DNA from: a virus
Taxonomy: Duplodnaviria; Caudoviricetes
IMG/VR virus record: IMGVR_UViG_2721755587_000001
Direction: 5' to 3' (one strand)
DNA: 64,000 bases
The notes under the pieces were generated by a model, which was given only the letters and a program-made list of their open reading frames with translations, made no database searches and was not told the DNA's origin. Shown here piece after piece: positions 47,761-57,300 of the stretch (positions are counted from its first letter, which is position 1; each line of letters opens with the position of its first letter). The position numbers and the translations under genes were made by a program.

Positions 47761-47831
47761 TGTCTCTGTAACGGTTGCGCGGGATTCGCCTGCGCCAAGG
47801 CGTAAATCTGAACTATCTGAGAGAGGAAACA

Positions 47832-49520
47832 ATGCGAACTCAAGGCGCACAGTACAGCAATGCGAAGACCGCGCAGATCGGACAATTTGTCGAGGGCCTG
47901 CGCGAGACCCAGGCCAAGCCCGGCACGTTCGATTCGGCCGCAGCCGATGAGTTCGTCGCTGGCATCAAGAGCCAGTCCAACGGCATCGAGATCCCTCAAG
48001 CGCTGGCCGCCATCCTGGAGGAACTGCCCGCCGGCCAGGATGCCAAGGTCATCAAGGGCGTGCTGGACGGCGTCGCCTCGTTCGAAGCCCAGCACGGCGT
48101 GGCACCCACTGCCGACGTGATCGAGTGGGCGCTCCACCAAGGCTACGCAACGACCGAGGAAGCTCGCAAGAAGTACTCGCTGGACTCTGCCAGCTCTACC
48201 GGTAGCGACCCGCTTTCGCTGCAACCGAATCGCGCGGTGATCGCGATCACCGCCGCGCTGGCCGAGGCCATCCCGGTTGCCAACTACTTGCCCGCCGATA
48301 TCGGCTCGAACGAAGCCAAGCTGGTTATCGTGTCGCACACCGCCGGCAACCTGTACGGCGGCTACGCGCAAGATCAATTGATGGACGGCGTCAACAGCGG
48401 CGATTCGTACATTTCGTCCGCTCGCGTGCATGCGCTCACGCTGCAGAGCTCGGGCGCGGACACCGGTTCGTACACCGGCATCCTGACTCAAGTCCAGGCG
48501 ACCCCGGAAACCTGCGATCAGGCAGCCACGCCGGTGAAGCTGATGCGTGGTCGCCTGATCGTCTACGTGAATGGCCTGCCGGTTGCCTTCGAGGTCAAGC
48601 AGGTCGGTTCCCCGGCCACCGCTCCGATCAGCGGCAGCATCGTGATTGCTGGCACCACCTACAATCTGGCCGGCACCGTCGCGCCGGATACGGGCGTAGT
48701 CAAGGTTACCCCGAGCAGCGCACTGCCGGCCAACACGCCGGTCGTGGTCGAAGGCTTCATCGACTATGAGCGCTCGCCGGGCACCACGCCGGTGATCAAC
48801 ACGAATGCCACGCCGTTCCAACTGTTCGCATCGCCGTGGCGCGTGCTGACCGAGCAGACCATCGACGCGCGTACCCAGTTCTCGAATGAACTGGGTCTGG
48901 ATCCCGCCGCCGAATCCATGCTGGCGGTCCGGTACCAAGCATCCAACGAGCGTCACTACGATGTGCTGCGGAAGGCCCTGCGTATCGGCTCGGTGCAGAA
49001 CGTCAACAACTTCGACTTCGGCTGGGCCGCCAAGGGCGTGTACAAGAGCCGTGCTGCCATCTGGCAGGACTTCTCGGCCGTCTTGGGTGCCGCTTCGCAG
49101 AAGATGGCCGAAGACACCATCGATCACGGTATCACTCACCTCTACGTGCCGATCAACATCGTCGCGCAGTGGCAAGCTCTGCCGGCGGACATCTTCGAAC
49201 CGTCCGGCATCTTGGCGAAGCCCGGCATCTACCGCGTCGGCCGCCTGTTCGGCATGTACGAGGTGTACTACAGCCCCAAGGTAGTTGTCGGGGCGAAGGG
49301 TTCGGCTACCGCCACGATCCTTGCGATCGGCCGCTCATCGCAGGTTGCTCGCTGCCCGTTCGTCCTGGGGGATGCCGTGCCGCCGACCGTGAATCCCACC
49401 CCGTTCACGCGCGAGATGATGTCCGGCTCGGCCTTCTACGCGCGTCAGTTCACGAGCGTGAACCCGCACGTGCCGTCGGCTTTCGGCTGCGCAGTCTTCA
49501 ACGTCACCAATCTGTTCTAA
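47832..49520 (+). CDS. major capsid protein, P1 gp23-like
   Basis: 562 aa, GAGG RBS, strong codon bias, IYRVGRLFGMYEVYYSP; upstream of the sheath. Confidence 0.8.
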   Translation: MRTQGAQYSNAKTAQIGQFVEGLRETQAKPGTFDSAAADEFVAGIKSQSNGIEIPQALAAILEELPAGQDAKVIKGVLDGVASFEAQHGVAPTADVIEWALHQGYATTEEARKKYSLDSASSTGSDPLSLQPNRAVIAITAALAEAIPVANYLPADIGSNEAKLVIVSHTAGNLYGGYAQDQLMDGVNSGDSYISSARVHALTLQSSGADTGSYTGILTQVQATPETCDQAATPVKLMRGRLIVYVNGLPVAFEVKQVGSPATAPISGSIVIAGTTYNLAGTVAPDTGVVKVTPSSALPANTPVVVEGFIDYERSPGTTPVINTNATPFQLFASPWRVLTEQTIDARTQFSNELGLDPAAESMLAVRYQASNERHYDVLRKALRIGSVQNVNNFDFGWAAKGVYKSRAAIWQDFSAVLGAASQKMAEDTIDHGITHLYVPINIVAQWQALPADIFEPSGILAKPGIYRVGRLFGMYEVYYSPKVVVGAKGSATATILAIGRSSQVARCPFVLGDAVPPTVNPTPFTREMMSGSAFYARQFTSVNPHVPSAFGCAVFNVTNLF

Positions 49521-49550
49521 GCAGCGCCAACCATAAGAAGGGGTGCAAGC

Positions 49551-50174
49551 ATGGCCAAGAAAGGCAGTGCCAGCGCTCCTTCCCAATCTGGGAAGGATGC
49601 GGCTGAGCAAGGGGACGGAGTAGCGGACATCTCCGAGGGTACCAATGCTGGCGGCGAAAGTGGCGGCGATACCGCCAGTGGTCTTGAGCCCGGCGGTGGA
49701 GTAGTGGCTTCGGTGGATGGCCAAGGCGCTGGCTCCGAAGTGGTGGGTGGTAGCAACGGGGGCAGCGCCCCTGAAGGCTATGCCAGCCAACAAGACGGTG
49801 CGACTCTGGGTGGGCAGGTCATCGATGCCGCTCTATCCCCAGTGGTTCCTCCGGTGCCGGTGATCGAAGATTCGCCGTCGCTTGCTGCGCCATCCATAGC
49901 GGATGCTCCGGGCTATGCGGTCCCCGAGTTTCCTAAGTGGTTCCGCATCACCAACAACACGCCGATGCAAGTCGTGTTCTCGGAGGTCGGGCTTGAGCTC
50001 GCAGGCAACGCTGAACCAGCGGGGAAGACCTCGGATACGGTTTCGTTCAAAGACGTGGATCAGTTGATCCGGTTCGCCACGGACATCGCTGCCATCGCCG
50101 AGATGCATGGCTGGCAAGAACCGCTGACGATCGAACAAGCCGACGCGCCGGACTCCGGGGCGGACGGTAACTAA
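49551..50174 (+). CDS. hypothetical protein with disordered N-terminus
   Basis: RBS; between capsid and sheath. Confidence 0.6.
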   Translation: MAKKGSASAPSQSGKDAAEQGDGVADISEGTNAGGESGGDTASGLEPGGGVVASVDGQGAGSEVVGGSNGGSAPEGYASQQDGATLGGQVIDAALSPVVPPVPVIEDSPSLAAPSIADAPGYAVPEFPKWFRITNNTPMQVVFSEVGLELAGNAEPAGKTSDTVSFKDVDQLIRFATDIAAIAEMHGWQEPLTIEQADAPDSGADGN

Positions 50175-50183
50175 GGGGAAGGT

Positions 50184-52046
50184 ATGCAAGCATTTACCCG
50201 ACAACTTGGCGCGCAGCCGGGTATCCAGCTGAATCCCCTGCGTGATAACACGGACGGCTTTGCGCCGGACAACTCCGACCAGGTCTTCGGCATCGCAATG
50301 CGCGCAACTCGGGGCCGCATTGACAAGGCGTTTCGGGCAAACGCGGGGAATTTCAAGACGCGGCTCGGCGCTGGCGAGTCCTTGCGTGCCTCGGCATTGA
50401 ACGAGGCTCACATCCACGTCTACGAGGCGCTCAACAAAGGTGCCTACCAGGCGGTAATCGCCCGCCTGGTTACGTCGGCGGCGGTTTTACAGCTCATCAA
50501 CATCACGCAGACGACGGCACCTGCAGGGACCGGAGCAGTTCTGGCGGCGACCGTCGCGGGTGGTGTCATCACCGGCGTTACGGTGACTAACGGCGGTACC
50601 GGGTATTCCGGTTCGGTATCGGTCACGGTTGGCGGCCCTGGCTCCGGTGCGGTGCTGAACCCTGTGATCGTCGCGGGCGTCATCACGTCCGTAACTGTCG
50701 CGAATGCCGGTAGCGGCTATACGTCCGCGCCGGCATTGACGGTTGTGCCGAACCCTTCCGCCACGACAACCGCATTTGCAACCTCTGCGACGGTTCCAGG
50801 TGGGCAGTACCTGGTTTCCGTGAAGCATCTGGAGTGCTTCAACGACGGCATCAAGCTGGCGTTGCATGCTGACGCGGTGAAGGACGGGACGGGTACCCTG
50901 GTCGCGAACCCACTCGTGACGCTCCGCCTGCTGGACAAGGATGGGAACATCCTTTACGAGTTCCAGGGTTCGTTTGACCCAGCGGCGCTGGACGACTACG
51001 GCCAGAGCCTGTATCTGCCGGACGTCGTAAGCAATCAGACCGATGCCGTTGTCGTCACCGTCGGTGTCGGCGCGTCGATTCCGCCGGACTCGGATGCGTA
51101 CGGGCGCGATGCAAGCAATCTGAACAAGTGGGCCACCTCCGCCGTACTGGCGTACTTCTCCGAAGGTGGCACCGGCTACGCGACCGCCGACTATGCTAGC
51201 GCAATCTCCCGCCTCAAGCGGACCGAGTACGATTACGGCTACATCGCGAGCGGCGGTTCCCAGTCGATCGCGCTCCTGTCCCAACTCGCGCAACTCGCAT
51301 TCGACACCAACCGACCCTTCAAGTACGACGTGCCGGGTACGCTGACACCGGATGCCGCTGCTGCGTGGATCGCGCAACTGAACCTCGATTCGCACTACTG
51401 CCATGCCTTCTGGGCACCGCTGAAAAGCGACGATCCGCTTGGCCTGAACGGCAAGTCGGTGATCGGGACGTCGACCTTCAACATCGCCCGGGCCTGCGCG
51501 CGGAACGCTCAGACCAATGCGAAAGGCTTCGCACCGAAGAACTTTCCCATCGCCGGCAAAGAGTGGCCACTGGATCGCACGGGCATCATCCAGATCTACA
51601 CGCCGGACGAAACCGGCCAGGAGTTGAGCGACCTTGCGACCGCGAAGATCAATCCGGTCCTGTTCCAGGTCTACAACGGTGGCGGGCGATATGTCTTCAC
51701 GGACTCGCTGACCAATGCGAAGACAGCCGTATCGATGAAGAAGCTCATCTCGGTCGCCGAGATGTCTGCAACGATGGACGACTGGATCACCCGATTCGGT
51801 AAGGAAGCAATCCAGTTGCCCATTGAAGTCACCATCAAGAAGATGAATGACTTCCTGAAAAAGCTCTTCGAAGATGCCCAATCGTCCGGCTGGATTATCC
51901 CGAGTGTTGATCTCGCCGGGGCGGCAGCGAAGTACCTGGTGCAGCGCAGTGAAATCAAGCCGGCTGACAACGTAGTCGTCACGTACTCGCTCCGTTACGA
52001 CGGGACGACCCGGCAGATCACGGTGACCCAGACGCTGTCCCGCTAA
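50184..52046 (+). CDS. tail sheath protein, P1 gp22-like
   Basis: 620 aa; DLATAKINPV; two VTVTNGGTGY-type inserts. Confidence 0.8.
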   Translation: MQAFTRQLGAQPGIQLNPLRDNTDGFAPDNSDQVFGIAMRATRGRIDKAFRANAGNFKTRLGAGESLRASALNEAHIHVYEALNKGAYQAVIARLVTSAAVLQLINITQTTAPAGTGAVLAATVAGGVITGVTVTNGGTGYSGSVSVTVGGPGSGAVLNPVIVAGVITSVTVANAGSGYTSAPALTVVPNPSATTTAFATSATVPGGQYLVSVKHLECFNDGIKLALHADAVKDGTGTLVANPLVTLRLLDKDGNILYEFQGSFDPAALDDYGQSLYLPDVVSNQTDAVVVTVGVGASIPPDSDAYGRDASNLNKWATSAVLAYFSEGGTGYATADYASAISRLKRTEYDYGYIASGGSQSIALLSQLAQLAFDTNRPFKYDVPGTLTPDAAAAWIAQLNLDSHYCHAFWAPLKSDDPLGLNGKSVIGTSTFNIARACARNAQTNAKGFAPKNFPIAGKEWPLDRTGIIQIYTPDETGQELSDLATAKINPVLFQVYNGGGRYVFTDSLTNAKTAVSMKKLISVAEMSATMDDWITRFGKEAIQLPIEVTIKKMNDFLKKLFEDAQSSGWIIPSVDLAGAAAKYLVQRSEIKPADNVVVTYSLRYDGTTRQITVTQTLSR

Positions 52047-52073
52047 TCGGCCAATTGAAGAGAGGATTTTGAT

Positions 52074-52787
52074 ATGCACCCGTTGACGCAGAGCCTCCGT
52101 GCCGCCATGAAGGCCGACAAGGCGGAGAAGGAGAAGCCAAAGACGCCTGGCGTCGTGCTGGACAGCGTGCTCGACGCTGACGCAGATGACGATGCGGCCA
52201 GCTATGCGCTGACCAATATCGCCGTCCTAGTCGCCGCCGCGCTGCAGGAGTGGGTCGAAACCGCTGATGACGACCTGGATGAAGGCGAAAGCCTCGCCGA
52301 TAGGTTGCTCGCGACCTTGATCGGCATCGCTGACCCTGACCAGGACGACGAGGAGATGGACGACGATGAGCAAGCCGTCCTCAATCTGGCCCTGGAAGCG
52401 GCTTGGGACTATCTGACGGACAAGGGCGTGTCCGAAGACGATGCCGACAAGCTCCTGAACGACTGGGACCCCGACGCGGCCGGCCGTATCCGTGACCTGC
52501 TGGTGTCGATCCTGCCGGACGGCGATGACGCAGCCGCAGAGGACATCGATTCGTTCGCCTTTGATGGGGACGACGATGACGGCTCGGTCAAGTTGGATGC
52601 CGTCTACAAGATGAAGACCGCCGTTCGCAACGGAAAACGTGTCCGCATCCGTAAGCGCATGTCCGGCAAGGTGAAACTCTCGGCCAAGCAGAAGCTGGCC
52701 ATCCGCAAAGCCCAGAAGAAGGCGCATACCGCAGGCGCGATGATGCGCCGGCTCAAGTCGCTGCGGAACGAAGGGCTGGCCAAGTAA
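52074..52787 (+). CDS. prohead core/scaffold-like protein
   Basis: very acidic middle and very basic C-terminus, resembling T4 prohead core proteins. Confidence 0.5.
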   Translation: MHPLTQSLRAAMKADKAEKEKPKTPGVVLDSVLDADADDDAASYALTNIAVLVAAALQEWVETADDDLDEGESLADRLLATLIGIADPDQDDEEMDDDEQAVLNLALEAAWDYLTDKGVSEDDADKLLNDWDPDAAGRIRDLLVSILPDGDDAAAEDIDSFAFDGDDDDGSVKLDAVYKMKTAVRNGKRVRIRKRMSGKVKLSAKQKLAIRKAQKKAHTAGAMMRRLKSLRNEGLAK

Positions 52788-52813
52788 GCCGTCGGCAATT
52801 CCGATGTGCCACG

Positions 52814-52845
52814 CGGGCTGCGCTTCACCAGGCGCAGCCCGTTTT
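52814..52845 (+). terminator. intrinsic terminator
   Basis: CGGGCTGCGC/GCGCAGCCCG + TTTT. Confidence 0.7.
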
Positions 52846-52859
52846 CATAGGGTTTAGGT

Positions 52860-53669
52860 ATGGCCGACAGCGGCGCAGGCAACATTCTTTCGTCCAGGTG
52901 GGATGGGCTCAGCGAGCACCTGATCGCGAAGTTCTATGCGGTCGACAGCAAGGGGTACCGGATCTCCGGCGACTCCGTGGAGGTGCATGCACCGTTGCTG
53001 GACGCGAACACGGATATCGCCTTGAACTGGCAGTCGCCGTTCGAGCAGGCCAGTCCTGACACGAAGGCTCCGGCGCTGTTCGCAATGCTTCAGTCGGGGG
53101 CGCTAAGCACCGTGATGAACGACTTGACGAATGCTCGGATCGGGACCGACAAGGATAAGCAGCGGCAGGCGCTCAATGACCAGTCCTCCCTTGAAACGAC
53201 CCTGCAGGAATTTCAGGGACGAACCGGGATCACAAAGCTCAACAGCGTTCAGATTTTCACCGGAATGGCTCCAGTCAAGATCACCTGCATGGCGCTCTTC
53301 CGTGCCTATGCTGATCCGTACAAAGAGGTCGAGCAGCCTTTCCAGCAATTGATGAGTTGGGCACTGCCTAAGAAGTTGAGCTCAGACAGCATCATCAAGC
53401 GCGCTGCGGGCGCAGAGGGCGTGACGGGATACCTCAAGGCTTTGCTGCCGTCTCAGGCACCCCAGCTCATTGGGTTTCAGTACAAGCGCCGCACCTATGC
53501 GCCGATGGTGATCGAGAACATTGGTGAGCCGCTTAACAGCCCTGTGGCGAGCAATGGCTACTACACAGAGCTGCTGGTCCCAATGACGATTGCGACGCTG
53601 ACCGCCCTCGATAGGGATGACATCCAGCGGATAGCAGCGCCAGGTACCGACGTCGGACCGGCGGCATAA
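52860..53669 (+). CDS. tail tube initiator-like morphogenesis protein
   Basis: WQSPFE; FRAYADPYKEVE. Confidence 0.55.
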   Translation: MADSGAGNILSSRWDGLSEHLIAKFYAVDSKGYRISGDSVEVHAPLLDANTDIALNWQSPFEQASPDTKAPALFAMLQSGALSTVMNDLTNARIGTDKDKQRQALNDQSSLETTLQEFQGRTGITKLNSVQIFTGMAPVKITCMALFRAYADPYKEVEQPFQQLMSWALPKKLSSDSIIKRAAGAEGVTGYLKALLPSQAPQLIGFQYKRRTYAPMVIENIGEPLNSPVASNGYYTELLVPMTIATLTALDRDDIQRIAAPGTDVGPAA

Positions 53670-53680
53670 CAGGACATACG

Positions 53681-54463
53681 ATGGTCAACTTTTCAGCATT
53701 GCGCACCCGCCGGCTTTCTGTGCTACTCCGGGAGATCTCGATCGCGGACGCCATTCGCTTGGCTTCGGTGCCGGCGAGCCGTTTCGAAGCGGGAACAACG
53801 GACTTCCTCACACGCGTTGTCGAAAAAGCAGACGCACAAACTGCAGCGCAAGTGGCAGATCCCCGCGCCTGGACGGTGCAGGAACGCATGTTTGTCGTCG
53901 GCCACTATCTGGCCCATGTGAGCGATGACGGCCCCGATTTCGCCGTGGGTGGCGGAGGCCGTTACTCGAACTATCTTGATACGGCAAAAGACATGCCGCC
54001 CCAGGCCTCCGAGGCGTATGAGGTAGGCGGAGACAAGTGGCACCTCGTGCCACTCATCGGTGCGGCAGCGGAAGCAATCGAGAACCTTCAAGGGGGGATG
54101 GGTGACTCCATCTCCGGGCGGTTCCACTGGCTTGTCGGTGCGATGGGGGCGCAGTTGCGGCGTGGGGACGAGGAGGTGCCCGACGCGGTAGCCGATCCGT
54201 CCACGTTCGCCGATTGGCTACAGCAGCGGATACACGTCTTTGCCGGCTATCCAGAGTCCGACTTCGTACAGTTGCTTGCAGCATTCAAGTTCGGTCAGCG
54301 TGATCTCGACCACCTCTTTCAAATCGAGTTCGATGATCAAGGCGTGATCGTGATGCCGGTTAATGAAGCGGAGGCGGGGGAATCGGCACTTCCCCCGGCA
54401 CGATTTCCAGTTGGTTCCTGCATCTCAGACTTTGCGAAAGACCTGGTCGGAAAACTTGAGTGA
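53681..54463 (+). CDS. morphogenesis protein (tail assembly chaperone-like)
   Basis: AGGA RBS; context. Confidence 0.55.
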   Translation: MVNFSALRTRRLSVLLREISIADAIRLASVPASRFEAGTTDFLTRVVEKADAQTAAQVADPRAWTVQERMFVVGHYLAHVSDDGPDFAVGGGGRYSNYLDTAKDMPPQASEAYEVGGDKWHLVPLIGAAAEAIENLQGGMGDSISGRFHWLVGAMGAQLRRGDEEVPDAVADPSTFADWLQQRIHVFAGYPESDFVQLLAAFKFGQRDLDHLFQIEFDDQGVIVMPVNEAEAGESALPPARFPVGSCISDFAKDLVGKLE

Positions 54464-54489
54464 GTTGGCCGCCAGCATGCCCCTATATT
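54449..54489 (+). promoter_or_regulatory. late-promoter motif upstream of the lysis cassette
   Basis: GGAAAA-N29-TATATT. Confidence 0.55.
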
Positions 54490-54683
54490 CGAGCACATCG
54501 TATCCCGAAGCGCTGCGGCTAGGGGTATCCGATGCCCAAGGATTCTTTGACTCGAAGGCGTACACCGATCACAGGAAGTCCAGGGAAGCGGAACTCAAAC
54601 TCCAGGCCGCGTTGATCGCCCGTATGGACGTGATGATTCGCGCTATCGGGGCGCTAAGCAACGCGCTGGCCAAGAAGGGGTAG
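54477..54683 (+). CDS. small hypothetical protein (start uncertain)
   Basis: FFDSKAYTDHRKSRE. Confidence 0.5.
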   Translation: MPLYSSTSYPEALRLGVSDAQGFFDSKAYTDHRKSREAELKLQAALIARMDVMIRAIGALSNALAKKG

Positions 54684-54704
54684 CGCATAACCATTGGAGT
54701 CGAT

Positions 54705-55016
54705 TTGGACAACCAGGACACCAAGCCTCAGAAGATCATCGACGCCAAGCTGCCGTTGTCATGGCTTATTTCGTCCACGGTCGCAGTGATTGCCTTCTTG
54801 GCTAGCGCGCTTTGGGCCGTGTTCAACCAGTCGGCAAAATTGGACATCCTGATCACCCAGACTACGAAGCTCGAGCGGCGTATGGATGACCGGGATGCCC
54901 GTATCGACAACGTGATCCGGGACATCTACGACCAGAAGCGGGTCAATGACCTGCAGGATCTGCGTATTGGGCAACTTGAGGGCCGGCACTCTACCGGCGA
55001 CAGGAGTACAAAATGA
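54705..55016 (+). CDS. single-TM coiled-coil lysis protein (holin/antiholin-like)
   Basis: GGAG RBS, one TM segment. Confidence 0.6.
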   Translation: MDNQDTKPQKIIDAKLPLSWLISSTVAVIAFLASALWAVFNQSAKLDILITQTTKLERRMDDRDARIDNVIRDIYDQKRVNDLQDLRIGQLEGRHSTGDRSTK

Positions 55017-55336
55017 TGGGTTTGCTTTGGCGGGTTCTCCCGCGCGTTGTCTGGTCGGCGGCTCTCACGATCGTGGCCTTTCTTGCATTCCAGCCCCTCA
55101 CAATGCTGACCGGTGTGCCCGAGGTCGCGCGTGTCTTGCCGGCGCTGGCGGTGCTCTACTGGATCGAACTGTCGCTCTTCCTCGCACGCGTCATCTTCAG
55201 TCCGGATATCGATCACCAGGCCATCGCGCGCAAAGCGGCCGAGGAGTCAAGCGGCGCGGCCATGGTCTTCGCTGTGCAGACGTTCTCCGTCATGTTCCGA
55301 GTGGGCATCCTGGTATGGATCATCTTCGCGCTGTGA
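55013..55336 (+). CDS. holin, three TM segments
   Basis: hydrophobic, directly upstream of the endolysin. Confidence 0.7.
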   Translation: MMGLLWRVLPRVVWSAALTIVAFLAFQPLTMLTGVPEVARVLPALAVLYWIELSLFLARVIFSPDIDHQAIARKAAEESSGAAMVFAVQTFSVMFRVGILVWIIFAL

Positions 55337-56004
55337 TGCCTCGGGTTCTTCTGGCCTTGGCGCTGCTATTTGGGGTGCAGGCACAGGCCCAGAAGCTTCC
55401 CGGGGATGCGGATCGCTATCTGCCCACACTCAAAGGTGAGATCGCGCGTTACTGGCCGGACCTGCAGCCTCGCGCTTGGCCACCGGCTCTGATCGAGCAG
55501 GAGAGCAATTGGAAGCTGCGGGCCACGCTGCGGACGTCGCGTGAGCTCGGCTGCGGGCTCGGGCAGTTCACGAAGGCACTCAACTCGGACGGCTCGGTCC
55601 GGTTTGATGCGCTGGCGGAGACGCGCCGCCTGGATCGCTCTCTGGCCGGCTGGTCCTGGTCGGATTGCTACAACGCCGAGTACCAGCTGCGTGGCGTGAT
55701 TCTCAAGCTCAAGGCTAACGAGCGGCAGTGTGCGGCGTGGATGCGTGGAAATCGTGAGGTTAAGGCCTGTAACGCTGCCAGCTACAACGGCGGCGGTGGG
55801 TCAGTCCTCAAACGCATCAATACGTGCAAGGCCACGTCAGGCTGTGAATCGCACCTGTGGTTCGGGCATCTGGAACGCTTGTGCCCTCAGTCACAGAAGA
55901 AGGCAGCCCAGTACGGCGAGTCATTCTGTGAGATCAACAGTCGCTACCCGGGCAGGGTGGAGGCGCGCATGCCGAAGTACGTCGGCCCTATGGAGCGTCC
56001 ATGA
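55336..56004 (+). CDS. endolysin, SLT-type lytic transglycosylase with signal peptide
   Basis: IEQESNW, GLGQF, ASYNGG; MPRVLLALALLFGVQAQA. Confidence 0.85.
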   Translation: MPRVLLALALLFGVQAQAQKLPGDADRYLPTLKGEIARYWPDLQPRAWPPALIEQESNWKLRATLRTSRELGCGLGQFTKALNSDGSVRFDALAETRRLDRSLAGWSWSDCYNAEYQLRGVILKLKANERQCAAWMRGNREVKACNAASYNGGGGSVLKRINTCKATSGCESHLWFGHLERLCPQSQKKAAQYGESFCEINSRYPGRVEARMPKYVGPMERP

Positions 56005-56522
56005 ACGTGCTTGGCTATGTCATTCCGGGTTGGGCGCGGGCGCTCTTCATCGTTGCGGCGCTGCTGGCGGTCTACGTGCTCGGGCGTCTGGATGGCGAGA
56101 GGATCCAGGGCGCAGAACATGCCGACTATGTCGCCAAGCAAGCCACGACGGCGGTGAAGGTGGTCGAAGCCCAGACCAAGGTAGTCACGGTAACTGAGAC
56201 GAAATGGCGAGACCGAATTGTGACGGTCCGGGCCAAGGGCGATACGATCATCAAGGAGGTCCCGAAGTATGTTACGCCGAGCGACGATTCTGCTTGCACT
56301 GTCAATGCTGGCTTCGTGCGGTCATACCACGCCGCCTGGGCAGGTGAGCCTGCCGGACCTCCCGCCGATTCTGACCGAGAACCCTCCGGAGTTCCGCTCT
56401 CTGAAGTCGCAGAAGCCGATGCCTTCAACGCCTCAGTCGCAAGGCAATGGCGCGAGCAGGCCTTAGGGCTGCGTGACTTCTACGTGAACCTGCAGAAAGC
56501 CAGGGAAGAGGCTGCCAAATAG
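56001..56522 (+). CDS. i-spanin (Rz-like)
   Basis: N-terminal TM; TIIKEVPKYVT...C.V..GFVR. Confidence 0.8.
   Translation: MNVLGYVIPGWARALFIVAALLAVYVLGRLDGERIQGAEHADYVAKQATTAVKVVEAQTKVVTVTETKWRDRIVTVRAKGDTIIKEVPKYVTPSDDSACTVNAGFVRSYHAAWAGEPAGPPADSDREPSGVPLSEVAEADAFNASVARQWREQALGLRDFYVNLQKAREEAAK
56269..56466 (+). CDS. o-spanin lipoprotein (Rz1-like), embedded in the +1 frame
   Basis: lipobox LASC, Pro-rich. Confidence 0.75.
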   Translation: MLRRATILLALSMLASCGHTTPPGQVSLPDLPPILTENPPEFRSLKSQKPMPSTPQSQGNGASRP

Positions 56523-56588
56523 GCTTGTTCCCAACTTGACCTCTCGGGGGCGCATGCTAGGCTTCCCATGTGCTGCTAGGAGAGGGCC

Positions 56589-56858
56589 ATGGGGAATCGA
56601 CTCGAGTGGGTATCTCATAGCTATCGCGGGATGTTTGTTCACGCGCTAGCTTTCGAGGTGGTGGAGATTGGCCGGCAGACCTCGCCGCCTGGTCAGAAGT
56701 GGGGCTACCTGGTGGAGATACGCTTTTCCGCCCAACCGGACGAGGAGCCGGTCTATGCCCCGTCCTTGGAGGACTACTTCACCCGGGCGGCTGCCGAGCA
56801 AGCTGCCTTTCACTACGGACGGGGTGCGATCGATCTATTCTTGGCGGCACCGCCATGA
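56589..56858 (+). CDS. hypothetical protein
   Basis: GGAGAGG RBS. Confidence 0.55.
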   Translation: MGNRLEWVSHSYRGMFVHALAFEVVEIGRQTSPPGQKWGYLVEIRFSAQPDEEPVYAPSLEDYFTRAAAEQAAFHYGRGAIDLFLAAPP

Positions 56859-56859
56859 G

Positions 56860-57300
56860 TCAGCTTCTAGCCAAGGCCGCGATGATCTCCTGCGGTGCGT
56901 CAAAGATGTTAAGACGTCCTGTCATCGGCATCAGTGGGATAGGGCGGGCTTCGGTAAGCTTGAAGCCCCAGCAGTCTGGCATATGCCAGGGTGAACTGCT
57001 GTCGCGCAGGCAGTCGGTGAGGGTGGCAATGCCGACGATGCCGCCGCGCTCTAGGTCCTGATCACGCGGGAAGTAGGAGCGAAATCCGACTGCCAACGCG
57101 GTAGCCATCCCGGCTTCGTAGTCTGCGCGCGTCATGCCCTTGCTGGCGTGGATCAGCAGACGGCCTCGGTACTTAGTTGGCCATGTGCGATTTTCGATGT
57201 CCTTGTGGCCGTTGACGATGAGCCAGGCCCAAGGTTGGCGCACGGAGAGTACCTTCACTGGTTTTTCCTTTGACGATTGCACGGGCGCTGGCGTGCTCAT
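56860..57300 (-). CDS. ASCH domain protein
   Basis: LSVRQPWAWLIVNGHKDIENRTW...LLIHAS. Confidence 0.9.
   Translation of the reverse strand: MSTPAPVQSSKEKPVKVLSVRQPWAWLIVNGHKDIENRTWPTKYRGRLLIHASKGMTRADYEAGMATALAVGFRSYFPRDQDLERGGIVGIATLTDCLRDSSSPWHMPDCWGFKLTEARPIPLMPMTGRLNIFDAPQEIIAALARS

Noticed and set aside
50520-50750. Duplicated VTVTNGGTGY-type repeats in the sheath
   Set aside because: A common surface insertion in contractile-tail proteins
9976-52079. Long antisense ORFs (9976-11700, 36361-37563, 37597-39168, 47610-49175, 50487-52079)
   Set aside because: Shadows of GC-biased sense genes, with no motifs
54446-54463. Programmed -1 frameshift at GGAAAA (tail chaperone type)
   Set aside because: The downstream ORF is in the +1/-2 frame and the site fits the late-promoter motif; a -2 shift is not excluded
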